From: Octopus sinensis | Lineage: Eukaryota | Direction: 5' to 3' | NCBI RefSeq assembly: GCF_006345805.1 | Contig: NC_042998.1 | Coordinates: 57,412,001 to 57,476,000 of the forward strand | DNA: 64,000 nt | In this document: in pieces, positions 40,318 through 53,606 of the stretch | Position numbering within the stretch: position 1 is the first letter of the stretch | Layout: each line of letters opens with the position of its first letter | Position numbers and translations under genes: made by a program | The notes under the pieces: model-generated | Database searches by the model: none | What the model was told of the DNA's origin: nothing | Seen by the model: the letters and a program-made list of their open reading frames with translations, nothing else

Positions 40318-40436
40318 TAATATAATATAATAATATAATATAATGATATAATAATGATGATGTTGATGATGATGATAATGATGATGATGATGATGAAATA
40401 ATAATAATAATAATAATAATAATAGTAATAATAATA
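40090..40436. repeat. Compound (AAT)n/(GAT)n microsatellite
   Basis: Direct reading. Confidence 0.9.
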
Positions 40437-40477
40437 ATGCCCCGACGTAGTACCATTGTACATTGTTTTGCTTTGCT

Positions 40478-41215
40478 ACAGCAGCCCAAGATCAATGCCG
40501 ACGTACAAGAAATTACCAGGCTAACATATTAAAGAACGGTAGCTTCCCAACATGTCGTGTATGTCAACAGCAAAATGAAAGCATTGATCATGTTGTCTCC
40601 ATGTGCAGTCTTCTTGCGCCTACAGAATATCTCAACAGGCATAATAGACATGTTAGGCTACTGCTGTTCTTTAATATGTTAACCTGGTAATTCTTTGTAG
40701 GTAGGCATTGATCTTGAGCTGATATGATAAACCCTTCTGCTTCAGATTTTAAGCCAGAGGCCATTAACAATGATAAAAAACTGGTGGGAACACAAACCAC
40801 CTCCAGTGCTTGAAAATGATCACATCTCACTCCTCTAGAAATTCACCAGTCAAATTCACAGAAAGATAGATGCAAATAGGCCAGACATTATATTGAAAGT
40901 CTTCAGATAAAAATCATGCCTCCTCATTGATATGACTGTCCCAATCGATATAAACGCATCTGTCATGACCTACTAAAAACTGAGCAAGTATAAGGATCTT
41001 GAAATGGAAATTAGCAAAATGTGAAACCTAAAGACTAAAGCAATACTTGTTGTGATAGGTGCCCTAGGAATGTAAGCAAAAGGAGCTGATTGCTACCCAG
41101 CTCAGATACCAGGTAACCCCAAAATGGCAGAAATTCAGAAGATAGTGCTCATGGGTACTGCCCATATCCTACGTAAAATACTGATTATGTAATCTCAAAT
41201 TTTAAAACAAACTCA
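40478..41215 (+). mobile_element. R4/Dong 3' fragment with an internal inverted segment
   Basis: Plus strand: AAQDQC..CRVCQQQNESIDHVVSMC..LNRHN. Minus strand ~40650-40775: SGLKSEAEGFIISAQDQC. Plus again: WWEHKP..NRPDI..IDMTVP. Confidence 0.85.
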
Positions 41216-41250
41216 TAATTTCTTTTGAAATTATGAGTTTCTTTTAACTC

Positions 41251-41393
41251 AAGGTCATGAAATGAGATCACCATGTCATGCACATATGATTGAGATGCAT
41301 GTGCCTGGCGTACCCTTATCAGACGGGTATACTGGGATTCATACACTTTACCCCAGTGTCACTTTTAATGGCATGCACTGCTCTCTCTCACTC
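41251..41393 (+). mobile_element. 3' part of the ~555-bp element
   Basis: ATGAGATCACCATGTC..GCACTGCTCTCTCTCACTC. Confidence 0.85.
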
Positions 41394-43954
41394 AATGATA
41401 ATAACATTATTAATAATGATGATGATAAATAGATAGATCGATAGATAGATTCATTTTCCAGGGAAAATTTATATATCTGTACGCTTGTGAGAGTTGGTAA
41501 ACATCGTAAATACTGTTACTTGGAGCCTGCTAATAAATCAATTGGTAGCCTAAAACTCTTTGATAACTAATTCTGGGTAGTAGACAACAGTATCAAATTA
41601 AGAAATTGATACTAAGCTGTGTGCTCACCCTAACGACTTTATAGAACTTTCTATCTATTATTAGATCTATGATTCGGGAGGCGCAAAGATCTATTATTTT
41701 ATGTATTTTATCTGTTCATTTACTTTTTTATTTGTCTATTTGTTTTCCATTTATTCTCTTGTTAGTTTTGATTCCTCCTACTTTTGACCGATTACTTTGA
41801 TTTTTGTTTTGTGCATACGCCTTTATTTTAACCATTGGATATGATAAAGATAGGATATGAATATTTTAAAGGAGGTGTATATATTTTTGTGAAATTGGAT
41901 ATATTCAGTATTTCTGTTTTATAAATAGACCTGTAGAGTCAATTTTTCCCATTATCCTGGAATAATACTCATTCGATATTATATATAATAATATTCCAGT
42001 AATAAATTGTTTGGTAAAGCGTGGATGAAACAATTGAAGAATTATGAAGTAAAACTAGTTACTCCACTCTCCTTGTTAATGATTTTATAACTCTATGGAT
42101 GTTTGTGATTTTCATATATATCAACAGTGAAGCCGTCTATTTTCGTTGGAGGATAATATCTAATTATCAATAACAATAGACGGGCTTTAAAAAGCAAATC
42201 CATGGTTATAACCAAAGAATTTACACAATAAAAACAGAGAGGAATGTCTTGCCTGGTATTTGTTCAATTGTTTCCTTAGTCTTCGGTGTAAAATAAGCAT
42301 AATGCAATTAATTTATATATGTTACAAACTCCCAACTCATCAGGCTACCAAATTAATAAGTGAGCGCTCATTTGTTTGTTAGTCAACAGTTCATCATGTG
42401 AAACTGCTAGTCAGAAATACCGAGATTTAAGAAACTTAAGCTGAGTGTGTCTCCAACCTCTCATTCTAGAGCGGCATATAGTGGAATAAAGTTGTAAATA
42501 CAAAGAGAGTTAAAAGCATTAATATTCTAAAGAAGTCATTACATATAGTGGACATTTGACGTCATCAAATACAGCTGACGACGAAGCTCAAAAAACATTT
42601 ACTGTGTCTGTAATTCTTTATAGTCAAGATTAATTATCCATTAATTTAATTATTCTAGATAAAATATGTTCCAAAAGAATATTTACAGAACTAATGGAAT
42701 ATTAGCACAATTTAATGGATATCTAGTTAAGTATGACACAGGGAGAATAATTTGGGTCAAACCCCAGATTTACTAATTCCTCTGCGAAATTCTGGAAGAG
42801 AGGGAGAGAAATGAAGAATAGGGAACAAAAGGAAAAGAAATAGATAAGGGAATTCGGAATAATTAAGATTTGAGCCTAAACAGCATGGTCCTGGTGTTTT
42901 AATAAGGTAGACATACAAACAGTGCATCTCGAAATGCCCCGCCAGGAATACATGTATAGCTTACTCGAAATATAGAAAGGAAAAACAAAATAATCTTGAC
43001 AAAATAAGCTGTCTAAATAAGTGATAATTGCATTGGCTGCAAGCATAGGATGTTCATAATTTTTGCTGAATTTTATTCTTGACATCTACCTCTTTTAAAA
43101 TATTTTTTAAAGTTAAATTGTTCGAAGTTATGTAAATGTATTTTTTTTTGTTATTCACATGCTTTTAAAACATAAGTACTGTTGACTCCTATATATCATT
43201 ACATCTTAAATTAATGTTTTTGCGATATTATTTCGAAAGATTTTTCTCACCTCGAATACACGTACTTTTAAAATGGAATGTATCATTTCAACCTGCAAGT
43301 CAACAAGGGATCCTCTTCACAGTCATTCAACTAGCTGGTAATAGCAGTCCGATACCCCTAAATTACACTCTGCCTTAAAAGTGTGTATGGATATATTAAA
43401 TAGTGCTGCGCTAGGCATTCTAAAAAAAATTGACGTCACGTCTGAAATTGATGTAAATATAATTATTCCCATTCAGAGTACATCTGGTTTTAAACAACAA
43501 CAAAATGATGTCAATTAATGCCACAATACGAACTAGTAAACTTCCAACTACTATCTGTCATACCAGCTACTCACTTACCTGTGCTTTGATAGAAGGAAAA
43601 TAATCACTAGCTAGTATGTTGAGTAACAATTTCTGTTTTGTTCATTCTTCCTATAATATAGATCAGTAGCACACTTTCACATAAGCATTAAGATTCATCG
43701 ACATAGAATTTAGTCTAATTTGTAATTATTCATTTTCAACATGGAAAATATCTGACACATTTTCAGACAGTTTTTTGAAAGGGCTGTGGTCGATATCAGT
43801 ACTTGACTGGTAATTATCGACTAAGAGTGAAGAAAGAGAGAAGTTGACACCAGCTAGAGATTGAAGAGATGTTGCTAACTATCGTGAGATATTTTGGCTG
43901 GTAATAAATCCATAATGAGATCCTGTGGGATTTCCCTAAAAATCTCAAGTGTAC

Positions 43955-44350
43955 TATTGAAACAAGAAGACCAGATATGATTATAGAAGACAAGATAAAC
44001 GAAATGTAAGATCCTAGATTTTGTAATTCCCTATTTAGTCGAGTTGGTGAAGAAATAGCAAAAATTGTGAAGTATCAGGATCTAGCCAGAGAACTGAGGA
44101 AGCTGTGAAAGAACAAAGCCACAGTTATTCCTGTAATAATTAATGCAAATGGCACAACACCCAAATTACTACCTAAAAGACTGAAAGAAACTGGAATTGA
44201 ACCTCGCTTTGTCGACCTGCTGAAATGTACAATCCTATATTCTGCAACAATCTTAAGAACGGATTCTTGGATTCTTCAGATTTGAGGAGACATATCACCA
44301 AACATCAAGATAAAATGTCCCCGAAATAAATTAGCATGCACTAGCGTAAC
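43955..44350 (+). mobile_element. R4/Dong RLE 3' fragment
   Basis: IETRRPDMII..ILDFVIP..KYQDLARELRKL..VIPVII..LLKCTIL..ATILR. Confidence 0.8.
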
Positions 44351-44384
44351 AACAACAAAAACAACACCACCAGCAACAACACCA

Positions 44385-44608
44385 ACAATAATAATGGTTT
44401 CAAATTTTGCCCCGAGGGAAGCAAATTTTTGGGTGGATGTGTCTATTACATCGACTCCAGTGTTCAACTGGTACTTACTTTATGGACTCCTAAAGGATAA
44501 AAGGCAAAGTAGACCTCGGCAAAATTTGAGCTCGGAACGTAAAGACGGACGAAATGTCGCAAAGCATTCTCCCCCGGCGTGCTAATGATTCTGCTAGCTC
44601 GTCGCCTT
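44385..44608 (-). mobile_element. Family-A SINE
   Basis: Core and head motifs. Confidence 0.85.
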
Positions 44609-44622
44609 CCATAGTAATAATG

Positions 44623-44674
<52 letters not shown>

Positions 44675-44685
44675 TAATAATAATA

Positions 44686-44801
44686 GGTTGTGATGCATGT
44701 GCCTGGTGTACCCTTATCAGACGGGTAGTCATGATGGGTATATTGGGCTTCGTATATTTTACCCCAGTGTCACTTTGATGGCATGCACTGCTCTCTCACT
44801 C
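44686..44801 (+). mobile_element. 3'-terminal 116 bp of the ~555-bp element between (AAT)n arrays
   Basis: GGTTGTGATGCATGTGCCTGG..CTCTCTCACTC. Confidence 0.9.
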
Positions 44802-45545
<744 letters not shown>

Positions 45546-45572
45546 ATGATAATAATAAAAATAATAATAATA

Positions 45573-45605
<33 letters not shown>

Positions 45606-45614
45606 GTGATAATG

Positions 45615-46400
45615 TGTGGGATTCCCCAATCCAAATATACCAGTTGTTGTTGAGGATAATAGTTTTATATACCAATTCTGCTAATAAGTGTACATGTTTT
45701 TGAAGATATCGTTCTGTAAGGCTGGCGTGAGATGTGTTGGATGTGCGAAATTGACATTTGTGTGAGGAGAGTTAAAGAAGAATGAACAGTGCCTTCGTAA
45801 TGCATAGGAGTATGTGTTTTGAGAAATAAAAGTGTACGTTATAAATGTATAAGAGAAATCGTATGATGTAATGGAGCTATCTTTCGGAGATTCTTCGTTT
45901 GAACTGCCTGAGAGGCAGATGAACGTTATGAACGATCAAAGTAGGTTGAAGGAACTCATATATTATGTAATGAAATTGTTTTAGCGTAAGTTCTTCAGTG
46001 TGATGTTGCCCCTGATTACCTAGTAAAGTATATTTACGGTGAGTTCACTGAAACTTACTGATCACCTCTGAGGAAGGAGACAGACTTAAACCAATAAAGG
46101 AAATAGTTGCTTACATGTTGTTACCACTACATTGGTAACGATGGAACTGAGGAAGATAAGTGGTAGTGTGAAAACTACTCGTCTTTGGAATAGGATTCCC
46201 AGTAGTGCTTAATCATTAGATCCTGCAGAAAGAATAGTAATAATAAAAACTGTAGCGAGCTCTGGACTGTATACCGTAAAGAAAATGGAAGACATATTCC
46301 TGAGGTTGGTCATATTTTCTAATTTCAGCAATAGCCAAATTTTTCATATTTGGTAGCCGGGTGATGATGAGACAATTGAGCTATTTTCAGAGGATTTTGA
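45615..46400 (-). mobile_element. Highly degenerate Penelope-like GIY-YIG remnant (tentative)
   Basis: Minus frames give LRQFKRRISE and LLAELVYKTIILNN, resembling the T.R.LK.RI.EH and E..I...LN motifs; heavily mutated. Confidence 0.35.
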
Positions 46401-46464
46401 TACAGTACGTGGCAGTGTATAGAATTGAAAGGAAAAAGTGTTACAAGTATTTTGATGGGACATT

Positions 46465-46660
46465 TTATCTTCTATCTTTTACTTGTTTCAGTCAGATGGC
46501 TGCGGTCAGGTGAGGCACCACCTTGAAGATTTTATTTGAACGAATGGAACTTAGCACTTAATTTCTTTAAGACTATTACTTATTCTATCTATCTATCTCT
46601 TTTGCGGAACCGCTAATTACAGGTATATAAATACACAAACACCGATTGTCGAGCGGAATA
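46465..46660 (-). mobile_element. Family-B SINE 3' fragment
   Basis: TTTTACTTGTTTCAGTCAGATGGCTGCGGTC..TTTTGCGGAACCGCTAA. Confidence 0.7.
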
Positions 46661-49519
46661 GTTTGAAGGAAATATGACTGTTATAGCTTGGAAGTACAGT
46701 AAACAATTAGAGGAGAAGACTTCGTTGATTTACACTCTTCAGTTGATGAGTGATCTGTTCTATTTAAAATAGACAATAATGAAACTATATTAGATTTTGA
46801 AGCGTTGTTTGTAAAACAGGACCGGGGATCTTTGAGGAATGTTTACTCTCTTTAAATAAGCAAGTTCAACAAAACTGAAATACGTCCAGTTTTATCATTG
46901 TACAGCCAAGATCAGACTCACTTCTCCCTGCATTGCCTACAATCTATTTTGATTAATTTTTAGTCAATTAAAATTTTGTGATTATTCCTTTTGCTTTTCC
47001 TGGTGAAAATTGGCCATAAATCTAATGAATATTTTTTAATCATTTGTGTAATTTCGATTAATTAGAAATTCTTGGTTCACTGCATTACGTTAGTAGTGAC
47101 CTTATTATTTTATTAATCAACATAACAATGATATTTGACTTTTATCTTATTCACCAAAGATTACAGTTTAGGACATTATCGCAAATTTCATTAAAAACAA
47201 CAGCATTAATACATATGCGCTGAGATAATAATGCCCTGTAGCAGTAGCAAGGTGCAACTAGATCTACGGAAGAAACGATATGCGATTGGCTGCATTAAAT
47301 GGCTCCTTAATACTATACAGATAACGTAACATTTTTTCAATTGTATTAATGAATATCAGCTTTAAGACTGAATATTACATTATCCTGGTAAATCAGCAGC
47401 GATGTTATTTGTTCATGTGTAACAAATTCGAAGGCAAACGTAATCTTTTAGCTACTTATTAATATCCGGGATGAAATATCTATAGAGCTATTCTATGTCA
47501 GCGAAGCATACAATCACAGTTTACAAGTAATATAATTTCAGTGACATGCGTTCAAGTATATTTACAAATTCATTATAATTTCTGTATAGAACTGCGAGCA
47601 AAATCTCCGTAGCCACATGCATTACTTTACAAACTCATCAGTTTTCAATCAGATAGTAATATATAACACTTGATTACTCTCTGTATTTGATTTCCTTTCC
47701 ATCAGAAAGAAAATATAGTATATAAAAATATGCATTTTTCTTTCATTACAATAGATTTATCCAAATATTTGAAAAGAGAATGATACCTATAGTAAGGCTT
47801 AAATTGAAACAAAAATACGAAATATATTTATCTTTACATTCACTGATATTGCATTTGATTATTATTTTGTAAATAATATATTTTATCTTCAACATGAACG
47901 CTTAGCTCTTTAATAAATTAATGTTTCTTTCACGAAATCTTTTATTAAGAAAAATTAAATTTAACGTACGCATTCCTTGAAAATATGTAGGACACACTCT
48001 TTAACAATAGTACATTAAACATATTTTCTGTCGTATGTTCCAAATCGATATTAGAAAAGCACTGTTACAATTTATGTTGTGTGTTCCAAATTGATACTAG
48101 AAAATCATTGTTATAATTTGCACTTACAAAATGTAATTACAACGATTTCCAACTCATTTCTCTCAGATTTTACTGTTTAACAGATTTCATCATATTTGCG
48201 AAACTAGAAAAAGTTCTTACTTGAATTGACAGAGTTATTGATTTTCTACAGTTACCATCTACAGAATAAAAAATATGATTGGAGAAGCAGTAACTTTTTA
48301 TAATTTATGGGGGGAAAAACCCACCAAAGTTTATCGAGGATAATGAGATTCGTATTGAAAGAATTCGTTGAAAACTAAAATAGAAAAAAATGTAAACGAA
48401 AACGTAACATTTATAATATGCAATTTCTCAAAGATTTTGAATGAACGTTTCTTTCGTTGTTAAGAAATAATTTTGAAGTATTTATCTAGTTTATAAAAAG
48501 ATTCAAGCAACTACGTTTCTTCAGCGATAAATTCTACGCATTAGAATTGAATTATATAAAGGTAGGATACTGGAAAATGTTCACAAATACGTACAAAATC
48601 AGTTGTTGTCAACTACATACAAAGGCATTGATGGTTTTTCCAAGGTCGCTTTTTAACGGCAAGTTGAAGCCGGCAAGTAGACTCAATTTGGAGTCATAAT
48701 TCATATTCTTACTGTTCTTTCCAATCAGAAGGTTTAATATCTTACACGCGCTATATTTCCATGGCTTTCAGATTAACCTAGTTTTGTTTTTAGACGCCTA
48801 AAATATCTAGCTTTTTCATTTATTTTAATTGAATCGTCTGCTTTAATTCTCGAATAATGAACGTTGGAAGGATACACCACTGAAACAACCTTATTTAAAG
48901 TAAAACAACCACCTATTTTGGACTGGAAAATACATTTGTGCAAACAAAATATTTTATCAAACAAAGTACTTGTTTGTATCAACATTTCTTACAAATTGTA
49001 ATTATTTCATTATATTTCCCATCTGAGAAAGAAAAGAAGATAATTAGATTTTTTTTTTCTTGGGGTGAAGTGACTTTCGACGACATCTGTCGAATGTTAT
49101 GAATTTCCTGAAACAATTTCAATGAATTATGCCAAGAGAAGTCCAACAACTGCGAATCTACTTTTTAAAGAAACACCATGTGTTGGTTCATATGAGAATG
49201 TTTGATAATTTCTGTAAGAATTCATTATAATCCACATATTCTCCATAGGAGTTCTTTCAAACTAATATGTTATTACCATGTCATTATTAATGTTTTATAT
49301 TGTGGGGATTATCTTTTATTTTCAACTGTAGCACAATTACACCAGCTAATTTTTGACAGCTTGTGTGGTCCATGGAAATTATTTAACCCTTCACAGAGCG
49401 TATAATTTTAAGGCTTCTAGGAAGCAGTAAAGGGTCGATCTATTCAGAGTCGATATACTAACATGTATAATTAACTACCTGAAAATTCAGAAACTGACAG
49501 TCCCTTAGAAAGGGATCTA

Positions 49520-49550
49520 TTCATAAAATGATGATGATGATGAAGATGCA

Positions 49551-49611
<61 letters not shown>

Positions 49612-49672
49612 ACTACTACTACTAATAATAATAATAATAATGATAATAATAATAATAATGATAATAATAATA

Positions 49673-49713
<41 letters not shown>
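49520..49713. repeat. (GAT)n/(CTA)n/(AAT)n compound microsatellite
   Basis: Direct reading. Confidence 0.95.
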
Positions 49714-49716
<3 letters not shown>

Positions 49717-49918
49717 TACATTGTTTTGTCTTGGTATAAATGATGGGCTACAGCAAATATTCTGCTCAATACCACAAATTTGCTTGTCAGTTGTTTGACC
49801 TTAACCAGTTGAGCATGTCCCTTAGTGGCTGACGATATGTGCATCTCTGATCACGAGCAGAAGTAGTGGGGGAGCATCATAGCCATGTGTTGAGAGGGAT
49901 TCTTTGGGGTTTGAATAA
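49714..49918 (+). mobile_element. Internal fragment of the ~555-bp element
   Basis: Runs ATGTACATTG..GGGGTTTGAATA, then breaks where the next copy begins. Confidence 0.9.
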
Positions 49919-50474
49919 ATGCCCTGATGCAGTACCAGGCAGTGGCTCTCATGGCTTCTGATCTTAACTGATTGAAAGTGTTATCATGTACATTGTTTTG
50001 TCTTGGTATAAAAGATGGGCTACAGCAAATATTCTGCTCAATACCACAGATTTGCTTGTCAGTTGTTTGACCGTAACCAGTTGAGCATGTCCCTTAGTGG
50101 CTGACGATATGTGCATCTCTGATCACGAGCAGAAGTAGTGGGGGAGCTTCAAAGCCATGTGTTGAGAGGGATTACTTGTGGTTTGAATAATTCGCCTCTG
50201 GAAACATGGGTGGTTCTTTCAATATCCTTAAGCAACTCTTATTCAGGGACCTTTTGAGCGGGATGGACTACTCAACCTGAAGAAAATTCTAACTGGGCCC
50301 CACCTGCAAGGTCATGCGCTGTTTATCTTGATATGAGATCACCATGTCGCGCACATATGGTTGTGATGCATGTGCCTGGTGTACCCTTATCAGACGGGTA
50401 GTCATGATGGGTATATTGGGCTTCGTATATTTTACCCCAGTGTCACTTTGATGGCATGAACTGCTCTCTCACTC
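49919..50474 (+). mobile_element. ~555-bp AAT-associated element, full copy
   Basis: ATGCCCTGATGCAGTACC..CTCTCTCACTC. Confidence 0.92.
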
Positions 50475-50500
50475 AATAATAATAATAATGATAATAATAA

Positions 50501-50974
50501 ATGCCCTGATGGTGTACCAAGCAGTGACTTTCGTGGCTCCTGATCTTAACTGACTGGAAGTGTACAATGTACATTGTTTTGTCTTGGTATAAAAAATGGG
50601 CTACAGCAAATATTCTGCTCGATACCACAGATTTGCTTGTCAGTTGTTTGACCTTAACCATTTGACCATGTCCCTTAGTGGCTGACGATATGTGCATCTC
50701 TGACCACGAGCAGAAGTAGTGGGAGAGCTTCAAAGCCATGTGTTGAGAGGGATTATTTGTGGTTTGAATAATTCACCTCTGGAAACATAGGTGTTATGGT
50801 TAAGGTTAAGGTCACGTGTTGTTTATCTTGATATGAGATCACCATGTCGCGCACACATGGTTGTGATGCATGTGCCTAGTGTACCCTTATCAGACGGGTA
50901 GTAATGATGGGTATACTGGGCTTCGTATATTTTACCCCAGTGTCACTTTGATGGCATGCACTGTTCTCTCACTC
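50501..50974 (+). mobile_element. ~555-bp element with an internal deletion
   Basis: Both ends present; about 80 bp missing near 50800. Confidence 0.88.
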
Positions 50975-51026
50975 AATGATGATGATGATAATAATAATAA
51001 TGATGATGATGATGATGATGATGATG

Positions 51027-51087
<61 letters not shown>

Positions 51088-51097
51088 TGACAATGAC

Positions 51098-51144
<47 letters not shown>

Positions 51145-51160
51145 CGATGATGATGATGAT
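50975..51160. repeat. (GAT)n/(AAT)n microsatellite
   Basis: Direct reading. Confidence 0.95.
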
Positions 51161-51198
51161 AGAAGAGCGCGATGCGATTGAAATAGATATTTTATTGG

Positions 51199-51241
51199 TT
51201 GAACGATATTTCGACACCAAGCCTGTCTTTGTCGAGTTCAA
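51199..51241 (-). ncRNA. Variant minimal hammerhead ribozyme (U3-A8, C4)
   Basis: UUGAAC-UCGACAA-A-GACA-GGCUUGG-UGUC-GAAAU-AUC-GUUCAA: 6-bp helix I, 4-bp helix II, palindromic helix III, AUC cleavage triplet. Confidence 0.6.
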
Positions 51242-51729
51242 AATAAAAAGTGATAAAAATTCAAAATCATAGATATTCAAATCTACCACCGTTGCAGCTA
51301 TTTTTCAAAGTACAGCGTGCAGTTACTCCAATGTTAGTTTTCTTGGAGTCAGAAACAGAGGTCAATAATTCTCTTATATTCTTATTCCGTCTACAACAGG
51401 CGGCTGAGGAAATATCTGTTTCAAACGAGGATATTTTGCCCGCCACATGCTGGTAATTTTCATGCAACTCTTTTGAAATGCCAATGAAATTTCTGCGTCA
51501 GTTAATCACTAATGGAATTCTGTCATATATTGTAGTGTGTTTGCTAAAATTATGCGCAAAGGTTTGAGTGTCTTTGCTAATCTTAGCTATTTCAGTTGCT
51601 ATTTCCAGTAATCCCCTATGTCAGTACAAATCCGTTTTATCCGAAAGAGAAGTAAGCCCTGATCATTGTGCAATAACATAAGTCAAACGAATTCCATCAG
51701 GAATCATAACAGAAATGTTATGATTTATA

Positions 51730-51963
51730 AAGGCGACGAGCTGGCAGAAACTTTAGCACACCGACCGAAATGCTTAACGGGCTTGCGTCTGCCGTTACGT
51801 TCTGAGTTCAAATTCTGTCTAGATCGACTTTGCCGTTCATCCTTTCGGGGTCGATAAATTAAGTACCAGTTACGCACTGGGGTCGTTGTAATCGACGCAA
51901 TCTCTTTGTATATCATTGCTTGTCTTCTCTATGTTTAGTCCTTTGTAAGCAATAAAGAAATAC
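51730..51963 (+). mobile_element. Family-A SINE inside the GIY-YIG region, 18-bp TSD
   Basis: GAAATGTTATGATTTATA at 51712-51729 and 51964-51981; removing the SINE restores NHNRNVMIYTEGGTC. Confidence 0.95.
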
Positions 51964-52524
51964 GAAATGTTATGATTTATACAGAAGGTGGGACATGTAG
52001 AGATATCCATTTGGTGTACGCGGCTGAGTGCACGAGACACAACTTAGTTTGTGTTGGTTGTACAACTGAACAATTAAACAAACGTTTTAATGGGCACAAA
52101 TATGACGTCAGGCACAATAATAGTAGTTCGACAGAACTTACTGAACATTCTGCTTCGAATGGCTGCAATTTTGAAAAGGATTTTAAAGTGAATATTCTCA
52201 GAAAATATTCTGAATCTGCTTCAATTTCACTTCTCAAAATGCATGAGGAGAAATATTTTAGCGGGTTATTAACATCACGCCCTGGATGAATGAATAAAAT
52301 GACAGGAGAATATCATGAAATTTACACAAAATTGTTTGATTAAATAATCTTCTTTTTCTTTTTCTTTTTTCTTCTTCCTTCTTTTCTATCTTTTTCTTTT
52401 CGCCTGTTGTAAAATTGTAACTTAAAAATTGATGATGTCATTCCAACAATGTGTGGACGCTGGTTGGCTTCGTTCATATTTTTGATTTGAATTTCTATTC
52501 TTTTGAATATTTATTAGTTTTATT

Positions 52525-52567
52525 TTGAACTCGAAAAAGACAGGCTTGCTCTCGAAATATCGTTACA
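52525..52567 (+). ncRNA. Variant hammerhead motif, sense copy (weaker helices)
   Basis: UUGAAC-UCGAAAA-A-GACAG-GCUUG-CUCUC-GAAAU-AUC-GUUACA; helix I has 3 bp and helix II one C-C mismatch. Confidence 0.45.
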
Positions 52568-52648
52568 CCAATAAAAGGTTTATTACAATCGCATCGCGCT
52601 TTTCGTTTTGTTGTTTACCTTTGTGAAATGTTACGTCAATCCTTTTAA

Positions 52649-52693
52649 AATATAATAATAATAATGATGATGATGATAATAATAATAATAATA

Positions 52694-52743
<50 letters not shown>

Positions 52744-52803
52744 TGATGATGATGATGATGATGATGATATGATGATGATGATGATGACGATGATGATGAT
52801 GAT
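52649..52803. repeat. (AAT)n/(GAT)n microsatellite between the two PLE units
   Basis: Direct reading. Confidence 0.95.
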
Positions 52804-52841
52804 AGAAGAGCGCGATGCGATTGAAATAGATATTTTATTGG

Positions 52842-52884
52842 TTGAACGATATTTCGACACCAAGCCTGTCTTTGTCGAGTTCAA
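52842..52884 (-). ncRNA. Variant minimal hammerhead ribozyme, second antisense copy
   Basis: Identical to 51199-51241. Confidence 0.6.
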
Positions 52885-53372
52885 AATAAAAAGTGATAAA
52901 AATTCAAAATCATAGATATTCAAATCTACCACCGTTGCAGCTATTTTTCAAGGTACAGCGTGCAGTTACTCCAATGTTAGTTTTCTTGGAGTCAGAAACA
53001 GAGGTCAATAATTCTCTTATATTCTTATTCCGTCTACAACAGGCGGCTGAGGAAATATCTGTTTCAAACGAGGATATTTCGCCCGCCACATGCTGGTAAT
53101 TTTCATGCAACTCTTTTGAAATGCCAATGAAATTTCTGTGTCAGTTAATCACTAATGGAATTCTGTCATATATTGTAGTGTGTTTGCTAAAATTATGCGC
53201 AAAGGTTTGAGTGTCTTTGCTAATCTTAGCTATTTCAGTTGCTATTTCCAGTAATCCCTTATGTCAGTACAAATCCGTTTTATCCGAAAGAGAAGTAAGC
53301 CCTGATCATTGTGCAACAACATAAGTCAAACGAATTCCATCAGGAATCATAGCAGTAATGTTATGATTTATA

Positions 53373-53606
53373 AAGGCGACGAGCTGGCAGAAACTTTAGC
53401 ACACCGACCGAAATGCTTAACGGGCTTGCGTCTGCCGTTAAGTTCTGAGTTCAAATTCTGTCTAGATCGACTTTGCCTTTCATCCTTTCGGGGTCGATAA
53501 ATTAAGTACCAGTTACGCACTGGGGTCGTTGTAATCGACGCAATCTCTTTGTATATCATTGCTTGTCTTCTCTATGTTTAGTCCTTTGTAGGCAATAAAG
53601 AAATAA
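53373..53606 (+). mobile_element. Family-A SINE in unit 2
   Basis: Same position and slightly mutated TSD as in unit 1. Confidence 0.93.

Larger units (their letters stand above)
51161..52648. mobile_element. Rearranged Penelope-like element, unit 1
   Basis: Minus 51294-51660: LFRIKRICTD..DRIPLVI..RRNKNIRELL..RCTLKNSC (RT thumb/linker). Plus 51663-52340: SLCNNISQTNSI..GTC..HLVY..C..H..VG.T..LNKRFNGH (GIY-YIG). About 120-bp terminal inverted repeats at 51162-51283 and 52484-52604. Confidence 0.9.

Noticed and set aside
50080-50150. CCTTAAC..GTCCC..AGTGGGGG in the ~555-bp element looked twister-like
   Set aside because: P2 and pseudoknot pairings could not be made; no HDV-like fold could be fitted by hand either.
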